NCBI GenBank assembly: GCA_007378985.1
Contig: VMHB01000004.1
Location: forward strand, 1,012-64,474
Length of the DNA stretch: 63,463 nucleotides
Direction of reading: 5' to 3'
From: Parcubacteria group bacterium Greene0714_7
GTDB taxonomy: Bacteria; Patescibacteriota; Minisyncoccia; Phycocordibacterales; Phycocordibacteraceae
Shown piece by piece: positions 28,635-35,699 of the stretch. Positions within the stretch are counted from its first letter, which is position 1; every line of letters starts with the position of its first letter. Made by a program: the position numbers and the translations under genes. The notes under the pieces were generated by a model. It had not been told where the DNA came from. It was given only the letters and a program-made list of their open reading frames with translations, and did not search any database.

Positions 28635-28987
28635 ACGTATATATGGAAGTCTGAGATTACATCGTTAGCAATAATATGTACATCTATCTTCTTATTCAGA
28701 ATATCCTATTCAAACACTTTGCGTGAGTCACCATTGATGAGCTTGCACATAATGCTCCCGCGTTGCCCACATCTCCAGGGCCGATGTCTATGTACAGATG
28801 TGCGCCCACGCGCACATCTACGCAAAAATAGCGTCAATGAGGCCCGAGAGCGAGCGTTTGTCTTGCACTAGAGTAATATAAAACAAGTACAGTGCCCGTT
28901 CCCTTACCCCTTTAGTTAACTAAAGGAGTTGAGAGATGTTTATAAAGAAAGGAGTAACACAACGTGGCACCATTTCCTCTTTTTGAC

Positions 28988-29029
28988 ATATAGCTCTCTA
29001 TTAGACGGCCGTCTAATAGAGAGCTATAT
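28988..29029. promoter_or_regulatory. Palindrome A3 (42 nt, perfect)
   Basis: ATATAGCTCTCTATTAGACGG/CCGTCTAATAGAGAGCTATAT. Confidence 0.5.
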
Positions 29030-29074
29030 GTAGCAATGCGGATTATCCAATTTCTCACGAGGTATACTGTGACA

Positions 29075-29371
29075 ATGAAAAGTGTGTCGTGGTGGCAGAA
29101 GGCGCTTTCAGACGGTGCTACGCGTAAATTTCCCAATAGCGGATGGTCGCACACTGACCGTCTTGCTTCTATAGAAGAGCAGCTCGAGGATGTGAAGGCT
29201 TCATTCAAAGTGGAGAGCGGAGAATTACAAAGCGACGACCACGCACACCAAGACCCCAATCACCGCATTGGTGCGCTGATTGCTGACATCTTGATTCTCG
29301 CCGAAGAACGGAACGCCGATATTGAAAGCGAACTTGAAAAAGTACTCGCGTGGTTTGAAGGGCGTATTTAG
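29075..29371 (+). CDS. MazG-like nucleotide pyrophosphohydrolase (small, single domain)
   Basis: IEEQLEDVKA ... IGALIADILILAEERNADIESELEKVLAWFEGR. An alternative start lies at 29036. One of only a few plus-strand genes in the window, isolated among minus-strand neighbours. Confidence 0.5.
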   Translation: MKSVSWWQKALSDGATRKFPNSGWSHTDRLASIEEQLEDVKASFKVESGELQSDDHAHQDPNHRIGALIADILILAEERNADIESELEKVLAWFEGRI

Positions 29372-29445
29372 GTCGCATTCACACACACCGCAAAGCAACG
29401 AGTGCGCCGGACTCCCCTAACAAAAAGCTACACCCACTCGGAACC

Positions 29446-29487
29446 ATATCGCTCTCTAACAGACGGCCGTCTGTTAGAGAGCGATAT
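29446..29487. promoter_or_regulatory. Palindrome A4 (42 nt, perfect)
   Basis: ATATCGCTCTCTAACAGACGG/CCGTCTGTTAGAGAGCGATAT. Lies between convergent genes, so it may act as a terminator. Confidence 0.45.
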
Positions 29488-29541
29488 GTGAAAGAAAACG
29501 GCAACTTTAAAAAACATCAGATACATTTAAAACTCTCTGCC

Positions 29542-30537
29542 CTAAAGCAACACACGTCTTCCTTCACGGGCGGAAATACGCATAGCCTCCAAAACACTTG
29601 CTTGGCGGATGATACGGTCGTACATTTCTTTAAACTGTTTAGTATTCTGTGCAATAACAGCTTGGCAAAAGAAATCAAAACTAAGGGCGAATTGATTTGC
29701 TGTTGGGATTTCTAAACTCACGAGTGTGTCTTTGGCACCATCGTTGGTTATGAGCTCGACAGTCGGTGCCATCATAGGTGGTATCGCAAATGCGCGATTC
29801 GTGCGCACCATTCCTTTGGAACCCCACACCGAATAGGTATTTTGATAGAGGTGATCGAAACCAAATGACATTAGCGCAGTTCCCTTTTCAAATTCAAGAA
29901 GTGCCGAGCCTTTGATATCAACGCCTGCACCGGCGTTTGAAAGCGTACAAGTAACAGCAACCGGTTCTTGCTGCATAATCTTTCGTGCCATGAAAACCGT
30001 ATAGCAACCTGCATCGTTGAGGGCACCACCCTTCAAGTCCGCACTATAGCGAATATCACCAGACGGGAACGGTGGGAATCCGTACGCACCACTCCACACA
30101 TGTGGTGTGCCGATTTTCCCTTCTGCAATGAGTGATAGAATCGTCGCGTGTTGTGGGTGAAACTCGGGAACGAAATTCTCATACAGTGCAACGCCGTTTT
30201 CTCGACATACATCTACCATACGCTTCGCCGACTCGAGACTATAGGTAATCGACTTCTCGCAGATGATGTGTTTTCCAGACTGCGCCGCCTGTAGTACCCA
30301 CTCTTCCTGAAGTCCAACAGGAAGCGGACTGTATATGACATCAATATCACTACGCACAATCAAGGAATCATAGGTCTCGGCTTCTAATCCATGACGCTCT
30401 GCCCACTCATCTGCCTTACTCTTCTCGCGACTCGCTATCGCAACAAGCCCTACATTTGGTAATGACCTGAATGCTGGTATCGCGTATTTCTCTGCGATGT
30501 TTGCACAACCTAGAATACCGACACGAATTTTTTTCAT
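29542..30537 (-). CDS. Gfo/Idh/MocA-family oxidoreductase (candidate NDP-hexose 3-ketoreductase)
   Basis: MKKIRVGILGCANIAEKYAIPAF plus pathway context. Confidence 0.8.
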   Translation of the reverse strand: MKKIRVGILGCANIAEKYAIPAFRSLPNVGLVAIASREKSKADEWAERHGLEAETYDSLIVRSDIDVIYSPLPVGLQEEWVLQAAQSGKHIICEKSITYSLESAKRMVDVCRENGVALYENFVPEFHPQHATILSLIAEGKIGTPHVWSGAYGFPPFPSGDIRYSADLKGGALNDAGCYTVFMARKIMQQEPVAVTCTLSNAGAGVDIKGSALLEFEKGTALMSFGFDHLYQNTYSVWGSKGMVRTNRAFAIPPMMAPTVELITNDGAKDTLVSLEIPTANQFALSFDFFCQAVIAQNTKQFKEMYDRIIRQASVLEAMRISAREGRRVLL

Positions 30538-30538
30538 A

Positions 30539-30850
30539 CCCCCACACCTTTTATCTCATAAAATGCTTCTTGAAATCCGCCTTTTGAGTTGCCCGAGTGC
30601 TTTCCCGTCTTTTTTGAGAGAAAATTCTCTACCCCTCGCGTCTCGTTCTGAAGTGTAGGACTCATAGTAGCGAAGCTCAAAAGGTCGACGAGGCTTGGTA
30701 GATTTAACCATTCCGCCATTGTGCTCGGAAAATCTTCGACGCAAATCATTTGTCGATCCAACATATAACTTTTCATCTTTGAGGCTTTTAAGTACATATA
30801 CGTAATACATAGAGAATTGATTTGCGTCAATGAGATGAAAGGTGTGGGGG
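30539..30850. mobile_element. 312-nt family-2 TIR element carrying a GIY-YIG gene (13-bp perfect TIR, 5-bp TSD TATGA)
   Basis: Plus-strand TCATA at 30534-30538 and 30851-30855. TIRs are CCCCCACACCTTT and AAAGGTGTGGGGG. Confidence 0.55.
30556..30810 (-). CDS. GIY-YIG nuclease family protein (84 aa)
   Basis: MYYVYVLKSLKDEKLYVGSTNDLRRRFSEHNGG. Confidence 0.85.
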   Translation of the reverse strand: MYYVYVLKSLKDEKLYVGSTNDLRRRFSEHNGGMVKSTKPRRPFELRYYESYTSERDARGREFSLKKDGKALGQLKRRISRSIL

Positions 30851-31513
30851 TCATAGCAAAGCGCATACATTACGCGCGAGAGAATTAACCGTCGTATCAA
30901 CGCGCAAGAGTTTCTTAATCTCGGGGAGTGTGAGCCAAATGTAATCTTCAGTAACAGGCACTTCTTCTGATTCGTCCACCTCCACAAGCATTGAGCGATT
31001 CACCTTATGGAAAAACCGACCACCGTCTTCGACGCCCAAAACTGATGCAATGAGTCTTCCTTTCGTCCCGTCAAAATATTCAGCAAGCCGTGGGCGCTTT
31101 CCCCCATGCGCTTGCGCCAGATTGCCTTCGGAAACCTGACATGCGGGCGATATCTGCACACTGTTGATATTCCCCGGCTCAAATTTTGCATAGAAAAGAT
31201 ACTTTGTGACACCATCTTTCTTTTGCACTAACACGCCTGAAATACCGACCTCTTCCTGTTTCAACATCGGCTGACTCCACGACGGCACTTCCCTGTCCGA
31301 GGCACCTGTTATCTTTACGCCAATAATCGAGAAAAATTTTCCTGACTCATGCGTGATATTTCCACTTACAGGATCTGTTTTCCAACCCTGCACATCATTT
31401 ACTCCGACCGCTTCCACAGTGACTGGGTACGACTCCTGCTTTTCTTTGAGCCACGCGAGAATGGGCTTGATGTCAGTGTCTTCGTTCTTAGAAATGAAAG
31501 GTGTTGGGGTCAT
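30851..31513 (-). CDS. NDP-hexose 2,3-dehydratase-like protein, single-domain (half-size) form
   Basis: SGKFFSIIGV, SWSQPML, GISGVLVQKKDGVTKYLFYAKFEPGN. 220 aa, versus the two-domain enzymes I recall. Confidence 0.55.
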   Translation of the reverse strand: MTPTPFISKNEDTDIKPILAWLKEKQESYPVTVEAVGVNDVQGWKTDPVSGNITHESGKFFSIIGVKITGASDREVPSWSQPMLKQEEVGISGVLVQKKDGVTKYLFYAKFEPGNINSVQISPACQVSEGNLAQAHGGKRPRLAEYFDGTKGRLIASVLGVEDGGRFFHKVNRSMLVEVDESEEVPVTEDYIWLTLPEIKKLLRVDTTVNSLARNVCALL

Positions 31514-32739
31514 ACGATTTCAACGCTAGGGATAGGGATAATGAATTTCGCACCGCGTGCACGCAATTCTTTTTCTTTTTCGAGAATGAAGTCGCGGTAG
31601 TTCCATGCAAGAAGTAGAACATACTCCGGCGTCTCGGTCTTTAGTATATCGGGAGAAACGACTGGAATATGACTCCCTGGTGTAAGGAGTCCAATTTTGT
31701 ACGGAGTTGTATCAGTAACATACTCAATATCATCTTGAGTAAAGCCACAAAAATTAAGAAGAGTGTTGCCCTTGGCTGGCGCGCCGTAAGCGACCACCTT
31801 CTTTTTTTCTCTGCGTATTTGGCGCACGAGCGACACGAGCTTCTCTTTAATTGCTTCTGCATCTTTCTGGAAATCAGCAAATCGTGCGAGTGAATGTAGC
31901 CCTGCTTTCTCTTCCAGCGCGAAAAGTTCGTGCACAGAATTTTCAATCGGTAATCCGGACGCCTTGCGAGCAAAGACACGAATAGACCCACCATGCGTCG
32001 GCATGCGCACTACATTAAATACTTCCATACCAAACCGACCAAATAAGTGTTGCAGAGGCTTCACGCTGTAGTAGCACAAATGCTCGTGATACACCGTATC
32101 AAATTCCCCATGCTCCACGAGGTCTAGCAAATAGTGTGATTCCGATACGAACACGCCGTCATCGGTAAGAAGGTCTTTTACCCCTTGCACAATTTCATCA
32201 AGGTCGTCTATGTGCGCAAAAACATTGTTGGCAGAAATAACCTTCGCCTTGCCATGCATTTCTATTATTCGTTTCGCCATTTCAATAGTAAAGAAGCCAC
32301 TCTCAGTTTCGATTCCTTTTGCGCGCGCAGCTTCGGCAACATTCGCCGATGGCTCAATACCAAGCACGCGATGTGTGCCGACGAAATTTTGTAACAAAAT
32401 GCCATCATTACTGCCAATATCAACAATGAGGTCACCTGGGGCCACATGTTCACTTTTCAAATCATCCGCATACGAACGAAAGTGGTCAACGAGCGGTTTA
32501 GAAGCAGAGGAAAAATACGCATACTCACCGTGAAAAAGTTCGTCTTCCGCAACCACATCGAGGAGTTGCACCAGATTGCAGGTACCGCAAAAATACACAT
32601 CTAGGGGATACCGTTTTTCGTCTTTGAGGTGTTCGGCATCAGTAAAATTATCAACTGGCGGATGCTCGCCAAGCGAGAGAATGCGCGTGAGACTAGAGCC
32701 TTTGCACACACGACAGGTAACATTGCGAAGATGGCTCAT
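31510..32739 (-). CDS. NDP-hexose C-methyltransferase (Zn-ribbon plus SAM-MT plus C-terminal domain)
   Basis: CRVCKG..CGTCNLVQL, LIVDIGSNDG. Start placed at MSHLRNV, 4 nt after the leader ORF stop. Confidence 0.75.
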   Translation of the reverse strand: MSHLRNVTCRVCKGSSLTRILSLGEHPPVDNFTDAEHLKDEKRYPLDVYFCGTCNLVQLLDVVAEDELFHGEYAYFSSASKPLVDHFRSYADDLKSEHVAPGDLIVDIGSNDGILLQNFVGTHRVLGIEPSANVAEAARAKGIETESGFFTIEMAKRIIEMHGKAKVISANNVFAHIDDLDEIVQGVKDLLTDDGVFVSESHYLLDLVEHGEFDTVYHEHLCYYSVKPLQHLFGRFGMEVFNVVRMPTHGGSIRVFARKASGLPIENSVHELFALEEKAGLHSLARFADFQKDAEAIKEKLVSLVRQIRREKKKVVAYGAPAKGNTLLNFCGFTQDDIEYVTDTTPYKIGLLTPGSHIPVVSPDILKTETPEYVLLLAWNYRDFILEKEKELRARGAKFIIPIPSVEIV

Positions 32740-32858
32740 CCCGTTAGAAGTAGGAAGCTTGTGCTTCCGACTCAAGATTAAATTTCATAATCATACGACC
32801 TAGAATACAGCATTCAGAAAGGATATCACTTCCCAAACTTCCGCGACTTCTAACGGGA
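32739..32858. mobile_element. 120-nt MITE-like element, family 1 (13-bp perfect TIR TCCCGTTAGAAGT/ACTTCTAACGGGA, 4-bp TSD)
   Basis: Plus-strand CTCA at 32735-32738 and 32859-32862. Confidence 0.55.
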
Positions 32859-32863
32859 CTCAT
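32744..32863 (-). CDS. 39-codon leader ORF spanning the family-1 element (MSPVRSRGSLGSDILSECCILGRMIMKFNLESEAQASYF)
   Basis: Same layout as 10532..10648: TAA inside the right TIR, 4 nt before the main ATG. Confidence 0.4.
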   Translation of the reverse strand: MSPVRSRGSLGSDILSECCILGRMIMKFNLESEAQASYF

Positions 32864-32887
32864 AGCACGCAGTATACCGAACGACTG

Positions 32888-33721
32888 TTATGCCTTCCAT
32901 TCCTCGGACACATACTCGGCAAGTGCCTCTTGCCACGGTCGGAGAGTTATCCGTTTTGAGGAAATAGATTCGTTTGTTGGAAGCGTTGTGCTGGATGCGA
33001 AGTAACTTCGATCGACAGCACGCACGTGTGCGTCTGGCTTTACGTGGGTAGCCATTGCAGTAGCGAGGTCAAAGCGCGTAGCGGTACCAGCATTTGCAAT
33101 GTGAAATATGCCCCGCTCGCCTTTTTCGAGCAGGTCTTTAATCGTTGCAACAAAATCTTTCCCGTATGTTGGCGAACCGTGCACATCGTAGAGAGCGGTG
33201 ACCTCTGTGCCCGACTGCAATTGTTTTAGGACTTTGCCGTAAAATTTATTGTCTCGATCAACTCCCCCGCCAAATACCCACGCGGTGCGAGCGATGATGT
33301 ACGACTCTACAAGTGATGCGACGATGAGCTCACTGATATATTTAGTGCGACCGTAGTGCGTCTGTGGATCTGGCGCGTCATCTTCAGTGTACGGACCTTT
33401 TTTGTGTCCGTCGAAAACACGCGAACTCGAAGCGAGAACCATGGTCGCGCCAACTGATGTGGCAGCTTGCGCCACATTGTAGGTACCGCGCACATTAAGC
33501 TCGTAGGCATACAGGGGATCCTGTTCTGTTTTCATCATGTCGGTTGCGCCTGCGAGGTGAATAATAGCGCTTGGATTGTTTTTTTTGACGAACTCCATGA
33601 CTGCATCTGCATCAAGAATATCGAGTGTCGTGTGGTCAGGACGATAACCGAAATCCACATACGAACCAATCATTCCGCCGGCACCAATGGTAAGAACTTT
33701 TTCGAAATCAAAAGAGTTCAT
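32888..33721 (-). CDS. NAD(P)-dependent sugar reductase/epimerase (RmlD-like, candidate 4-ketoreductase)
   Basis: VLTIGAGGMIGSY, YGRTKYISE. Confidence 0.7.
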   Translation of the reverse strand: MNSFDFEKVLTIGAGGMIGSYVDFGYRPDHTTLDILDADAVMEFVKKNNPSAIIHLAGATDMMKTEQDPLYAYELNVRGTYNVAQAATSVGATMVLASSSRVFDGHKKGPYTEDDAPDPQTHYGRTKYISELIVASLVESYIIARTAWVFGGGVDRDNKFYGKVLKQLQSGTEVTALYDVHGSPTYGKDFVATIKDLLEKGERGIFHIANAGTATRFDLATAMATHVKPDAHVRAVDRSYFASSTTLPTNESISSKRITLRPWQEALAEYVSEEWKA

Positions 33722-33861
33722 ACCCCCACACTAATACTGCTGTAATTCTTGCCGAACAGACTCCAGCGACCAGTGGAGTTTTCGTACCCTAAAATAACTT
33801 TTCTAATTCTCTTGTATGTATTCATAATCTGAGGCAACAGCAGTATTAGTGTAGGGGTCAT
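33718..33861 (-). CDS. 47-codon bridge ORF through the element (MTPTLILLLPQIMNTYKRIRKVILGYENSTGRWSLFGKNYSSISVGV)
   Basis: Its ATG overlaps the rmlA stop (ATGA). Its TGA overlaps the reductase ATG (ATGA). Confidence 0.4.
   Translation of the reverse strand: MTPTLILLLPQIMNTYKRIRKVILGYENSTGRWSLFGKNYSSISVGV
33723..33857. mobile_element. 135-nt family-2 TIR element (20-nt TIR, 5-bp TSD TATGA)
   Basis: Plus-strand TCATA at 33718-33722 and 33858-33862. TIRs are CCCCCACACTAATACTGCTG and CAGCAGTATTAGTGTAGGGG. Confidence 0.55.
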
Positions 33862-34574
33862 ACAGCACGCTTCGCGACCTCATGTGCGACACGGAGCAAA
33901 GATTCGAATGTACCCGCGTCCGACCACAAACCTTTAATAATTCCGTAGGAGAGCTTTCCTTTCTTGATATAGGCGTTGTTGGCGTCCGTAATTTCCAACT
34001 CACTTCGACCTGAAGGCTTCAGCGTTTTTATGATGGAAAAAATATCGTTGTCATATAGGTAGAAACCAGTTTGGGCAAATTTTGATTTTGGTTTCTTTGG
34101 TTTTTCTTCAATCTTCACTACCCTCTTACCTGCTGTATCAAACACGGGCACACCAAAACGGTGCGAGTCATTCATTGCCTTAAAAAATACTTTCGCACCA
34201 CCGTTGAAAGAAGCAACATCTTTTGCAAAATCTTGTTCAAATATATTGTCACCCAGAATGACAGCAATTGGGCCTCCGTCGGAGAAATCTTCCGCGTAGC
34301 GTAGCGCGTCGGCGATACCTCCGTTGTTTTTGTCTTGCAACGCATACGAGAGCTTGACACCGAACTCTCTGCCCGAGCCGAGGAATTGCATAAAGTGGCC
34401 CGCATGCTCGCGTCCAGTTACTATCATGATATCGGTAATCCCTGAGCGCTTCAGCGTCTCCAGAGGGTAGAGAATCATTGGTTTGTTGTATACAGGAAGG
34501 AGGTGCTTATTTGTAATAAGCGTCAAAGGGCGCAAGCGTGTGCCGAGTCCTCCTGCAAGAATAACGCCTTTCAT
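33858..34574 (-). CDS. rmlA: Glucose-1-phosphate thymidylyltransferase
   Basis: MKGVILAGGLGTRLRPLT. Confidence 0.9.
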   Translation of the reverse strand: MKGVILAGGLGTRLRPLTLITNKHLLPVYNKPMILYPLETLKRSGITDIMIVTGREHAGHFMQFLGSGREFGVKLSYALQDKNNGGIADALRYAEDFSDGGPIAVILGDNIFEQDFAKDVASFNGGAKVFFKAMNDSHRFGVPVFDTAGKRVVKIEEKPKKPKSKFAQTGFYLYDNDIFSIIKTLKPSGRSELEITDANNAYIKKGKLSYGIIKGLWSDAGTFESLLRVAHEVAKRAV

Positions 34575-34575
34575 A

Positions 34576-35660
34576 TTATTTTTTGTTTTTATCTTTGTGC
34601 CCTTCCCACAAATCAATGTGCGGGTTGAATACACCAGTCTTACGGCGAACCCTTTCTATCCACTTCCTATTTTGAGTGTACCACTCTACCGTATCGGCGA
34701 AAGCCTGCTCAAAGCGGTACTCTGGTTTCCAGCCAAAGTCTTTCATAATGAGCGACGCGTCAATGGCATACCTACGGTCGTGCCCTTACCTTTACCAAAA
34801 TATTTCAAGATACGATCAGCAATTTCACGATTATTCATTTCATTGTCCGCACCGATGTTATACACCGCTCCTGGCTTTCCATTAAGGAGGCAAAGCTCAA
34901 GCGCCCTGGAATGATCTAGTACATACACCCAGTCACGCACATGATTACCATCGCCATACAAAGGAAGTGTCTTTCCCTCAAGCATGCGGAGTACAAAAAA
35001 CGGAATGAGTTTTTCTGGATACTGGCGCGGGCCGTAGTTATTGGAGCAATGCGTTACGATAACTGGAACGCCCCATGTGTTGTGATAAGCACGGCATAGC
35101 ATATCGCCTCCAGCTTTCGTTGCGGCATACGGCACATTCGGCGCAAACGCCGTTTGCTCAGAAAATTTATCTTCAGAATCCAGTGCAAGCGAACCATACA
35201 CCTCATCAGTGGAAACCTGTACGAACGATTGCACTGTACCTGCCACCTTGACGGCTTCAAGCAAATTGAATACACCAACGATGTTGGTATTAATAAATTC
35301 CAGTGAGCCGACATGGATACTTCGATCAACATGCGTCTCGGCTGCGAAATTTATGACGTAGTCGGGTTGGTATTTCTTAAATACAGCAGTGACTTTCTTT
35401 TGGTCAGCTATGTCACCTTTCACAAATGTATAGCGTGCATCTTTTACAAAATCTCGCACATTGTCCGTATTCCCGGAATAGGTAAGTTTATCAAAGTTGA
35501 TGATTCGCACCTTGGGATATTTTTCAAAGATATGATGAATGAAGTTCGATCCAATGAATCCCGCCCCACCGCACACGAGCATGGTTTTTCCATTCAGTGT
35601 TGGAATGACACTGTGCTTTAAAGGGCTCTTTTTTCTGGGTTTTTTTATCGTGGTTGCCAT
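34576..35660 (-). pseudogene. rmlB: dTDP-glucose 4,6-dehydratase interrupted by a 1-nt frameshift at 34783-34785
   Basis: MLVCGGAGFIGSNF, YAATKAGGD. The conserved C-terminus HDRRYAIDASLIMKDFGWKPEY..VEWY is intact in the adjacent frame. Confidence 0.8.
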
Positions 35661-35699
35661 AGGTGCAAAGTGCGTTCAGAAAATAAAAATAATGACTCA

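Noticed and set aside
28912-29259. 115-aa minus-strand ORF overlapping the MazG-like gene and palindrome A3
   Set aside because: It has low-complexity, Cys/Ser-rich non-protein-like sequence. It is antisense to a motif-bearing ORF and spans a 42-bp palindrome.
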